Assembly: GCA_003176165.1 (NCBI GenBank)
Contig: PSRQ01000032.1
Coordinates: 1-42,926, forward strand
DNA: 42,926 nucleotides
Origin: Candidatus Cerribacteria bacterium 'Amazon FNV 2010 28 9'
GTDB taxonomy: Bacteria; Patescibacteriota; Microgenomatia; UBA1400; UBA12028
Direction: 5' to 3'
The notes under the pieces are model-generated. The model was not told the origin of the DNA and did no database searches. It worked only from the letters and a program-made list of their open reading frames with translations. The position numbers and the translations under genes are program-made. This document shows, piece by piece, positions 1-7,821 of this stretch (the first letter of the stretch is position 1; every line of letters begins with the position of its first letter).

Positions 1-497
1 CTTTTTGATACGGCGATGGCTGCTGCGTGCGCCATTTCATTCGTTGTCGAGACAGCAAAATTATCAAACGTGAAGTCGGGGCGTAGTTTCGCCTTGAGAA
101 GAGCTGCTTTGAGCGCATCAATCGTTGGTGCTACTGGAAGACTAGCAAAAAGAGGTGGTTCAGTTTTCGTGGGCAGATGATGAGATGCAGACACCTCTTG
201 TGAATTATTCTCTAGTTGAGGTTGCGGAGTGAGGGTTCCTACTTTGAATTGGAGTTCTACTTTTCGTCCGGTTACTCTATCGAGAGCCTCTTTGATAGAG
301 GCATAAAAGCGGCCTTCGACCATCTGTAGGTGCATAGCAGATTGTGCGAAGAGCACACCTATTGCTCGATCGTCCCCGACTTCTCGCAGTTCTCCGAGTG
401 TTACTTTCTCTATCCACATATGGTAATGCTGTGATGACATTCCCACAGCCATGTCAGAAAGAGCTCGAGACCAGACTGTAGAAGTGTCCAATTGCAT
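1..497 (-). CDS. dnaA: Chromosomal replication initiator DnaA, N-terminal part (runs off the left edge)
   Basis: Manual translation from ATG 497: MQLDTSTVWSRAL...HMWIEK...LRPDFTFDNFAVSTTNEMAHAAAIAVSK, matching the start of DnaA domain III. Divergent from rpmH. Not in the ORF track. Confidence 0.95.
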   Translation of the reverse strand, partial: MQLDTSTVWSRALSDMAVGMSSQHYHMWIEKVTLGELREVGDDRAIGVLFAQSAMHLQMVEGRFYASIKEALDRVTGRKVELQFKVGTLTPQPQLENNSQEVSASHHLPTKTEPPLFASLPVAPTIDALKAALLKAKLRPDFTFDNFAVSTTNEMAHAAAIAVSK

Positions 498-721
498 AGT
501 ATTGATATCTTTCACATGGGGCAGAAGAGCGAAACAGTGATCTTAGTTTAATCATGGTTTTCCACATTTGACAAGTAGAAATCCACTTTTGTGTATTTCT
601 CTCAAGCAAAGTTTTCCACGACTGTGGATTATGTATGGGGAAAAGAGGTGGAAAGCCCCGTCTTTTCTTTTTCTTGGTACTCTGGTACAATACAATTTCT
701 AACGATATTTGTGGAGTTTAT
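498..721. promoter_or_regulatory. DnaA-box cluster, probable oriC / dnaA-rpmH regulatory region
   Basis: TTTTCCACA at 558-566 is a perfect TTWTNCACA. One-mismatch boxes at 612-620 (+), 623-631 (-) and 636-644 (-), plus weaker copies, all in the dnaA-rpmH intergenic region. Confidence 0.75.
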
Positions 722-865
722 ATGGCAAAAACATTCCGTACCTGGCAACCTCGCAAAAAGAAACGCGTTCGTACTCATGGATTTCGCGCTCGTATGAAAA
801 CCTATGGTGGTCGAAAAGTGTTATCCGCTCGCCGAGCTCATGGGCGCAAAAAACTGACCGTTTAA
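722..865 (+). CDS. rpmH: 50S ribosomal protein L34
   Basis: [47 protein letters not shown], a classic L34 sequence. Confidence 0.97.
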   Translation: MAKTFRTWQPRKKKRVRTHGFRARMKTYGGRKVLSARRAHGRKKLTV

Positions 866-902
866 GCCCTGTCTGGGGTTGAGTAGCAAATACTGTCTTT
901 TT

Positions 903-1226
903 ATGCCTCGCACACGTCGATTCGATCTTCGGCATCACAGAGAAGTTTTTACACAGTCTCGTTGGAAACGGGGAAAACTCATTGACATTCTCCTCTTTCC
1001 CTTTCCGGTTTCCTCCTCTGCAGTTATTGTGGGAAACGTGAGTGGATATCCTTTGGTAAAACGGAACAGATTGAAACGTCAATTGAGAGAACTTGCCCGC
1101 GAAGAAATAAAAAATAAAAACAATTCTCCTGTTATTATTATTCGAGCAAAAAGAACGACCTATGATGCAACTTTCCAAGACATCAAAACAGAACTCTCTC
1201 ACTTGGTTTCAGCGGCTCGCCATTAA
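903..1226 (+). CDS. rnpA: Ribonuclease P protein component
   Basis: RNR motif (VKRNRLKRQLRE) and conserved position after rpmH. Start uncertain (879 TTG or 903 ATG). Confidence 0.88.
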   Translation: MPRTRRFDLRHHREVFTQSRWKRGKLIDILLFPFPVSSSAVIVGNVSGYPLVKRNRLKRQLRELAREEIKNKNNSPVIIIRAKRTTYDATFQDIKTELSHLVSAARH

Positions 1227-1410
1227 AGGTATTCGGGGGTATCAACTCTTCCGTCCTTTTTTTCGTCAAATCAATCTAAGTATCTTTGGAGTCCATTCAG
1301 AGTGTCCCCAAACGCCTAGCTGTAGTGAATTTACTCTGCACGCGATCAGGGAACATGGTACAATAGCAGGACTGTCTATGGGGATGAGGCGCATCCTCGC
1401 TTGTCGATAA
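1162..1410 (+). CDS. yidD: Membrane protein insertion efficiency factor YidD
   Basis: IRGYQ...CPQTPSCSEF...AIREHG...RRILAC pattern, located between rnpA and yidC. Confidence 0.85.
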   Translation: MMQLSKTSKQNSLTWFQRLAIKGIRGYQLFRPFFRQINLSIFGVHSECPQTPSCSEFTLHAIREHGTIAGLSMGMRRILACR

Positions 1411-1415
1411 CTCAT

Positions 1416-2204
1416 ATGCAACAACTTGCCCAAACCCTTCTCATTGTCCCTATTTATCAATTCTTGAAGTTTCTGACTCTTGAAACAGGAAGTTTTGGAT
1501 TCGCTATTATCTTACTCACACTCATCATGCGAGCGATTTTGCTTCCCCTTTCTTTGCCAACCATGAACTCTCAAAAGAAGCTGCGAGCACTGAAACCAGA
1601 ACTAGATAAATTGAAAGAACAATTTAAGGGAGATCGTCAAAAATTACAGCTTGCTCAGATGGAATTGTACAAGAAACACAATATTAATTTATTTTCTGGG
1701 TGCCTTCCTCAAATTTTACAAATCATTGTTTTAATTGCCTTGTACAATGTCCTTCGCACCTTTGTCACGATGGCTGCTAAAGACGGGATTACGGTTCAAA
1801 CCCTGTTTTACGGTCTTGATTTAGCAAAACCCGATACTACCCACATCATTCCTCTAGTTGCTGCGGTTTCTCAGCTTGTATTATCCATCATGATCTTGCC
1901 GGGAAAAGAAAAACATGATCTTGTTCCCAACAATGCAAAAAGTAAGAAAGTGAAAGAAGAAAATAAAAAAGAGACCAATGAACAAGAAATGGCTGAGGCG
2001 ATGCAGCAACAAATGGTGTTCATGATGCCACTGATGACGGCTCTTTTTGCTTGGAGTTTCCCTGCTGGACTTGGTGTGTACTGGATTGTTACAACCCTGT
2101 TTACCTTGGTTTCTCAATATGTTTTGGTTGGTCCAGGAGGACTAGTTGATGTAAAAGATCAAGTCTTGGCTTTTATGAAGAAAAGTCAACAAAACGTGAA
2201 ATAA
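1416..2204 (+). CDS. yidC: Membrane protein insertase YidC/Oxa1 (short form)
   Basis: FGFAIILLTLIMRAILLPL, GCLPQILQ and FPAGLGVYW motifs. Confidence 0.95.
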   Translation: MQQLAQTLLIVPIYQFLKFLTLETGSFGFAIILLTLIMRAILLPLSLPTMNSQKKLRALKPELDKLKEQFKGDRQKLQLAQMELYKKHNINLFSGCLPQILQIIVLIALYNVLRTFVTMAAKDGITVQTLFYGLDLAKPDTTHIIPLVAAVSQLVLSIMILPGKEKHDLVPNNAKSKKVKEENKKETNEQEMAEAMQQQMVFMMPLMTALFAWSFPAGLGVYWIVTTLFTLVSQYVLVGPGGLVDVKDQVLAFMKKSQQNVK

Positions 2205-2210
2205 AAGGAG

Positions 2211-2660
2211 ATGACTATGACTACACAAGATTTTGTGCAGCAGCTACTTGCCCATATGGGAATTGACGATGCCGTTCTTTCTCAAGAGGAACAGGATGAT
2301 ACTATTGTGTTAACGATCTCAGTTCCTGAAGAAGAATCTGGGCTTTTGATTGGTCATCATGCCGAGACGCTTGACGCACTGCAGCGTGTTGTTCGCCTTG
2401 TTTGCCAGAAGGATGATGATAAAGCAATCACTTTGAATGTGAATGACTTTAGACAGCGCCGAGAAGATCATTTACGCGAAGTTGCTGCTCGAGTCGCTGA
2501 ACATGTCGTTGCTACACAACAACCTCAATATCTGCGCCTACCAGCCAGTGAGCGTCGTGTTATCCACATGGCTCTTTCCGATCATCCAGAAGTTGAGACA
2601 GTTTCTGAAGGCGAAGGAGCTTCTCGGGTCCTGTATGTGCGGTTGAAGCAAACTGCATAA
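2211..2660 (+). CDS. jag: Jag/KhpB-like KH + R3H RNA-binding protein
   Basis: GLLIGHHAETLDALQ (KH), ERRVIH (R3H) and SEGEG motifs; downstream of yidC; AGGAG upstream. Confidence 0.9.
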   Translation: MTMTTQDFVQQLLAHMGIDDAVLSQEEQDDTIVLTISVPEEESGLLIGHHAETLDALQRVVRLVCQKDDDKAITLNVNDFRQRREDHLREVAARVAEHVVATQQPQYLRLPASERRVIHMALSDHPEVETVSEGEGASRVLYVRLKQTA

Positions 2661-2663
2661 TGT

Positions 2664-2801
2664 ATGCGAAGAAAATACTTCTTAACGGTTTTATTTATTA
2701 TGACCATATTCGGACTCTCATTATTAATGAGAGCGACACACACTTTGTCGTATGTTCAACCCAAATGTGGAATGACAAACCGAGGCTGGATGTGTCTTTA
2801 A
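2664..2801 (+). CDS. Small (45 aa) membrane-anchored or secreted peptide
   Basis: MRRKYFLTVLFIMTIFGLSLLMRATHTLSYVQPKCGMTNRGWMCL. It fills the jag-rnhA gap almost exactly and is below the ORF-track cutoff. Confidence 0.55.
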   Translation: MRRKYFLTVLFIMTIFGLSLLMRATHTLSYVQPKCGMTNRGWMCL

Positions 2802-2805
2802 ATAT

Positions 2806-3213
2806 ATGCACGTAACTGTTCACACAGATGGTGGTTCTCGGGGAAATCCTGGAAAAAGCGCTATTGGTGTGGTGATTGAACATGAAGGGACTTCCCTCCT
2901 CTCTTTGGGACAGTATATTGGCGTTGGGACCAATAATCGCGCCGAGTATATAGCTGTTATCGAAGCCCTCCAATGGTTGGTTGAACATGTAGCCACACTT
3001 TCTGGTGCGTCTTTTTTCTTGGATTCTCAACTTGTGGTTTCTCAACTCAATGGTGTTTATCAGGTGAAACATCCGGATATGATTGCGCTAAAAAAAAATG
3101 TGGATCAGTTACGCTCTTCCCTTCCCTTTCGAATCACGTTTTCGTATGTCCCTCGTGCTCAGAATGCCGCTGCGGACGCACTTGTGAATAAAGCATTAGA
3201 TGAACATCTCTAA
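2806..3213 (+). CDS. rnhA: Ribonuclease HI family protein
   Basis: TDGGSRGNPG, TNNRAEY, DSQLVV and RAQNAAADALVN motifs. Confidence 0.93.
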   Translation: MHVTVHTDGGSRGNPGKSAIGVVIEHEGTSLLSLGQYIGVGTNNRAEYIAVIEALQWLVEHVATLSGASFFLDSQLVVSQLNGVYQVKHPDMIALKKNVDQLRSSLPFRITFSYVPRAQNAAADALVNKALDEHL

Positions 3214-3441
3214 AAGAGGTTATTTTTTTGGGTTAAAAATCTTTGTTTTTTCTCGAAAAAAAAACGAATTTTCTTCAAGTCCCTAGTTGAAGTCGCACGT
3301 TATTTCGTTTCGCATCAAAATATATAGTAATAGAATAAAAAATATAAAAGAATATCTTTTTGTCTGGATGGTGAACGATAAGAACTTGACAAGACTCTTC
3401 TTGCAATCTGATCCACTTTTTAGGTACGCTAAAAGCACTCT

Positions 3442-6078
3442 ATGAGCAGGCGCTTTGTCACGGAGCAAATTCGTGAAACTCCTCGAGTGGTAGTGTGTGG
3501 CCCTGTCCGTCCTCTTCAAAAGGCGTTAGTACAGCTGCTGTCTGCTGCTCATTTATATGGAGGTGTTATTCACGTGCAGAACGCTCAACGCTGGGAACCT
3601 CCGTTATTGCGTGAGGGGGAATATCTCTTGATCCTCTGGATAGGTGAGCCTGGCATATGGACGGGGAGAGAAAGGGCCCAGACACAAGTTCTTGCCCAGA
3701 CACTCGCAAAGCATAGTCCACACCTGATATACATATCGTTTGATCCGCTTTCTAGGGTGGAAACGGAAATTGAACGCCAATGGAAACTTGATCAAGAGCA
3801 GGGAAGGCAAGTGCTTATCTCACTTTTTAGCCCAGTACATATGCTTTCCTATACACATGTCTTTGAACCGTCCCTCCCTCCGCTTTCTCTAGTGGACACG
3901 CAGATAAGAACACTGATTTCGCAGAAGAAACGCTTGTGTATGGATTCACAAAGCCAGATCAACCCCATATGGCATGAAGATGTTGCGGCGGATATCGTAT
4001 CCCGCGTGCTTTCTGGAGTGAAAGATGACATGTGTTTGGAAGGGAATACCCCTATTGGCGGCGAAGCGCTGGTACGTTCTCTTGAGCCCACAACATCATC
4101 TAGAATGGACCCAATTCAAGTAATCGTGCCTCATGTATGCACAGGAATATCGATTGTTTCTCGTCCGTTTATTTCATTTGTGGAAGTCATGAGGGGGAGT
4201 TATCAATCTCTTTTGCCAGTCGATCTACAAAAGCCCAAGGTGGTGAAGAAGCGTTCTCTCTCTATTAAAAAAATTGGAATGATGGCAGGAATTGTGTGCA
4301 GTTGTCTAGTGTGCGGGTTAGTTTTGTTATGGGTAAGTAGTGGATTTGCTCTTCGTAGCCTTGCAACACAGATTCAACACATCCATGATAAACAGCTTTC
4401 AGCAGAAGATTTGAATACACTGTCACAAGCTCTTGGTGTGGTGACGTTTCTCAAACGGACTCAAGGAAATATAGAAGACACCATCGGGGAACAATCGGAT
4501 GGGGTGGTGGGTTCTCTCTCTATTCTTTCTTCTCAAGTGCAGGCAGTTCAAGATTTACGCAGTGCCCAAGAAAAGCTCGCTTTGTCGTATGAACAAGTCA
4601 TGGGAAAAGGAAAGGGAAGCTCTCTGCAATCAATAGTGGAGGCAGAGGCTCTTTTAGATCGCTCCTATCAAAGCATGTCCTTGGTTCAAGCCCGATTATC
4701 TCAAGATCCGAATGCGATTTCTGTTGTGTTGGGGGGAAGCGTCCTACAGGATGAATTGACCGAGGAGGTAAGTAGTGAGCGTAAATTGATTACGATGCTG
4801 CGCTCTATTCTTACCGTGCTACCTGACATGCTCGGAAAAAATGATGTGCATACATATGCTTTTGTTCTGCAAGACTCTTCTGTGCTTCGCCCAAGTGGAG
4901 GAAAGATTGTAAGTGTGGCTTTGGTTTCGTTTAATCAAGGAACATTAACGGGAGTACACATATATCCTGTGTCTTCACTTGACACTCTTTTACCCGGAAC
5001 TGTGAAAGCTCCTGCTGAAGCTGCTTCTGCTCTAAAGACGACAAATTGGCAACTTGATGATGCAAACTGGGATCTCCAGTTTAAAAATAATGCAGCACAA
5101 ATTTCTTGGTTTATTGGGAAAGAGTTGAATACGACTGTGAATGGTGTATTTGTGGTGAATAGCAGAGATTTGAACATTCTTCTTTCTTCAGTTGGAGATG
5201 TCCATCTTTCAGATGGGACTGTTGTACAGTCAAGCTCTGTAGACCAACATATCAATGCTCTGATCACAGATCAAACGCAGCATGTGGGACAGCTTCCCAT
5301 TTTCTTGAATCAAGTTTTCTCTGGTTTACTCTCCAGCATGCAGACACTATCAACAGATAAGGTTTCTTCCTTTGCTCAAACGGTTTCAGATCTATTTACG
5401 GCGCGAGATCTTCTCTTTTTTGCAGGCGATCAAGATACACAGCAAGTTTTTGCAGCACTGGATTTTGATGGAAACACATTGACACCCACCTGTCCTTCAC
5501 TTTTTGCCGATTCAACGTGTGCTGTAGGGACGTTTTTCTCTCAAGAGCTTTCTATTGGTGGAAATAACGTGAGTCAATTGATCGCTCGAACGCATGCCCA
5601 CACAATCCACGTGGGAGAAACAGTACTCATTCATGAGTATGTTGAAACGATTAAAAATAACGCACTGACTGTGTCTTGGCCCTTTGGAGATGATCAATCT
5701 CTCATGCGGATGGCATTTGAAAATGGGGCTGCAGTTCAAGAGATTATGGTCAATGGACTGTCACTTGCTCCCAATCAGTTTTCTGTGGCCACCCAAGACG
5801 GGTTAAAAGTAGTTTCCCTTCCTACCGACACTCCAGCAGGAGCGACGACCACCATCAAACTCATTTATACAACTCCAGGTATTCCCTCGAGCAATAGCTC
5901 TATCGCTTTCTTTGAACAAAAGCAACCCGGAACTGGAAGCGATCCTTTTACTCTCACGGTCACGTACCCAGATACTTATACTCCAAAAACTGTGGCACCC
6001 AAAGCAACGTTTGGGCATAATAGCATTATCTTTTCAGGGTCACTTGATCAGGACAGGCTCTATGCCGTGGGTTTTTAA
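3442..6078 (+). CDS. DUF4012-type membrane protein with a degenerate epimerase-like N-terminus
   Basis: Single TM helix near aa 280-300. QDSSVLRPSGG, DANWDLQF and QKQPG motifs resemble CPR DUF4012 proteins. Confidence 0.7.
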   Translation: MSRRFVTEQIRETPRVVVCGPVRPLQKALVQLLSAAHLYGGVIHVQNAQRWEPPLLREGEYLLILWIGEPGIWTGRERAQTQVLAQTLAKHSPHLIYISFDPLSRVETEIERQWKLDQEQGRQVLISLFSPVHMLSYTHVFEPSLPPLSLVDTQIRTLISQKKRLCMDSQSQINPIWHEDVAADIVSRVLSGVKDDMCLEGNTPIGGEALVRSLEPTTSSRMDPIQVIVPHVCTGISIVSRPFISFVEVMRGSYQSLLPVDLQKPKVVKKRSLSIKKIGMMAGIVCSCLVCGLVLLWVSSGFALRSLATQIQHIHDKQLSAEDLNTLSQALGVVTFLKRTQGNIEDTIGEQSDGVVGSLSILSSQVQAVQDLRSAQEKLALSYEQVMGKGKGSSLQSIVEAEALLDRSYQSMSLVQARLSQDPNAISVVLGGSVLQDELTEEVSSERKLITMLRSILTVLPDMLGKNDVHTYAFVLQDSSVLRPSGGKIVSVALVSFNQGTLTGVHIYPVSSLDTLLPGTVKAPAEAASALKTTNWQLDDANWDLQFKNNAAQISWFIGKELNTTVNGVFVVNSRDLNILLSSVGDVHLSDGTVVQSSSVDQHINALITDQTQHVGQLPIFLNQVFSGLLSSMQTLSTDKVSSFAQTVSDLFTARDLLFFAGDQDTQQVFAALDFDGNTLTPTCPSLFADSTCAVGTFFSQELSIGGNNVSQLIARTHAHTIHVGETVLIHEYVETIKNNALTVSWPFGDDQSLMRMAFENGAAVQEIMVNGLSLAPNQFSVATQDGLKVVSLPTDTPAGATTTIKLIYTTPGIPSSNSSIAFFEQKQPGTGSDPFTLTVTYPDTYTPKTVAPKATFGHNSIIFSGSLDQDRLYAVGF

Positions 6079-6182
6079 CAAGATCACGAGACCTCATGAG
6101 TCAGGAATAGCCGTCTCCTCTCTTGTTCCTCTCTCGAGATGTGTTATAATAAAAACCTTGATTATTTCAGTGGAAATTTCCT

Positions 6183-6872
6183 ATGACGACACAACGAACT
6201 CAATTAACTGTTCAACCCCGTATTATCTTGGGGAAAAAGGTAAAACAACTGCGTAAAGCAGGGATTATCCCAGCTTCGGTGTATGGAAACGATAAAGCAT
6301 CTGTAAATGTACAGGTTCTTCAAAAGAATTTTGCCCAAGCTGCAAAGGTGGCTGGTGATAACGGTTTGATTGATCTCCTTGTTGAAGGGGAGTCGAAGCC
6401 ACGTCCAGTTTTGGTTGATGACGTTCTTATCCACCCGTTATCTGACGCTACGCTTCATGTGACCTTCCGTGAAGTGAACTTGAACGAAAAAGTGAAAGCA
6501 AACATTGCTGTTGAAACAATTGGCGAATCTGAAGCGGTGAAGAATGGTGGTGTATTGGTTGTTGCCTACAATGAACTCGAAGTCGAAGCTCTTCCAACCG
6601 ATCTTCCAGAGAAATTTGAAGTCGATATTAGTAAACTCAAAGCGATTGGTGACGATATCAAGGTTTCTGACTTGGTCTTCGATCGCAATAAAGTGGAACT
6701 TCAAGGTGTTGAAGCAGACACTGTGCTTGCCACGATTCAAGCTCCAAAGGAAGAAGTTGTGGAAGAAACAACCGCTCCAGCAGAAGTTGAGATTACCAAG
6801 GGTGCGACGACCGAAGAAGGTAAAGCTGCCGCCGCTGGTGAAGCCGCTCCTGAAAAGAAAGAAGAGAAATAG
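6183..6872 (+). CDS. rplY: 50S ribosomal protein L25/Ctc
   Basis: GKKVKQLRKAGIIPASVYG, HVTF and LEVEALPTDLPE motifs, with an acidic tail. Confidence 0.95.
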   Translation: MTTQRTQLTVQPRIILGKKVKQLRKAGIIPASVYGNDKASVNVQVLQKNFAQAAKVAGDNGLIDLLVEGESKPRPVLVDDVLIHPLSDATLHVTFREVNLNEKVKANIAVETIGESEAVKNGGVLVVAYNELEVEALPTDLPEKFEVDISKLKAIGDDIKVSDLVFDRNKVELQGVEADTVLATIQAPKEEVVEETTAPAEVEITKGATTEEGKAAAAGEAAPEKKEEK

Positions 6873-6874
6873 AA

Positions 6875-6925
6875 AATATCCAATAACCAATCCGTCAGCT
6901 GACGGATCAATATTCAATGAATAAT
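6875..6925. repeat. AAT-N4 heptamer array containing a perfect 18-bp palindrome
   Basis: AATATCC AATAACC AAT...AATATTC AATGAAT, with ATCCGTCAGCTGACGGAT at 6890-6907. Confidence 0.7.
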
Positions 6926-7271
6926 GAAAGCCTCGGAGAAATCCGGGGCTTTTTTGGTTGGTTATCTTGCATTTGCCACCGAGGAAGATAGTGGACAGAT
7001 TTCTCTCATTGAGGAGGTTACAGCACATCAAGCGCGAGTAGCAATGGAACAGGAATTCCTTAAGCAAAGAAATTTATTTATTGCTGAAATGAAAAAACAA
7101 TACTCAAGCTTGTCTCTAGAAGCTATGCAAAAAGAATTGGATAAAACTTTAGAAGAAATTAATGAGATTGAAGAGGGAAGAGAGCCATACAACGACAGCC
7201 CCTTTCTTGTTGCAAGAGTATTTCAGGAACTCATTGCAGAAAACAATACACATCTAGCTGATTCGAAGTAA
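6924..7271 (+). CDS. Hypothetical acidic helical protein (true start probably downstream of the terminator)
   Basis: Open frame with coiled-coil-like composition. The annotated 5' end overlaps the rplY terminator. Confidence 0.5.
   Translation: MKASEKSGAFLVGYLAFATEEDSGQISLIEEVTAHQARVAMEQEFLKQRNLFIAEMKKQYSSLSLEAMQKELDKTLEEINEIEEGREPYNDSPFLVARVFQELIAENNTHLADSK
6927..6955 (+). terminator. Intrinsic terminator after rplY
   Basis: AAAGCCTCGGA-GAAA-TCCGGGGCTTT hairpin followed by a T-run. Confidence 0.8.
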
Positions 7272-7285
7272 TAATCTTCTAACGC

Positions 7286-7310
7286 CGGAGCAATGTTGTA
7301 CGTTGCTCCG
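7286..7310. terminator. Hairpin between convergent genes
   Basis: CGGAGCAATG-TTGTA-CGTTGCTCCG. Confidence 0.5.
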
Positions 7311-7347
7311 CATAGTTCCTTGCAAAAAATCGTTACTGTTCAGAGGC

Positions 7348-7821
7348 TTATTTTCCTACTTCCTGAAGAGCGTTTTTGGTGATGGGGCTGTTGGGATCGA
7401 TTTGTTGAAGTTGCGCTGCGATTTGTTGTACTTCGTCGGTATTTCCCAATTCGTACTCGAGTTTCATTTTTTGGATGAGTACATCTCGTGCTGTTGGGTG
7501 GGCCGACAAAATAGTATCAAGTGCTGCGATTTCCGTTTTAATATGGTCTCTTGCTGTAGTTTGCAATGTGTATTGTGTTTGAAATGATGCGAATGTTGTC
7601 GCATAGATCGTACTGCCAATACCCAACCAGATCAAAACCACTACTCCGATCAGAACGACAAGAAATGAGATGCGTCGTGCAACAGGAGTACAAATCACGC
7701 GCAACAAAGACACGGTCCATATGAATACAAACGAGATTTTCTGAAGCGGGGAAAGCCCCTCGCTTTTTTCAACAGGTGAAGTGTCGCGGGTTATTGATGG
7801 TGAAGTTTTACGTTTGGCCAT
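7348..7821 (-). CDS. Membrane-anchored protein with a TPR-like C-terminus
   Basis: Likely start MAKRKTSPS overlapping the valS end. Hydrophobic helices followed by HPTARDVL...LQQIDPNS. Confidence 0.6.
   Translation of the reverse strand: MAKRKTSPSITRDTSPVEKSEGLSPLQKISFVFIWTVSLLRVICTPVARRISFLVVLIGVVVLIWLGIGSTIYATTFASFQTQYTLQTTARDHIKTEIAALDTILSAHPTARDVLIQKMKLEYELGNTDEVQQIAAQLQQIDPNSPITKNALQEVGK

Noticed and set aside
3214-3441. AT-rich gap as a second origin or ncRNA
   Set aside because: There are no clear DnaA boxes or stable structure. It looks like an ordinary promoter region.
6438-7067. Long antisense ORFs (e.g. 209 aa opposite rplY, 166 aa opposite yjjX, 180 aa at 16147)
   Set aside because: They lie opposite well-supported genes and have no recognisable motifs or start signals.
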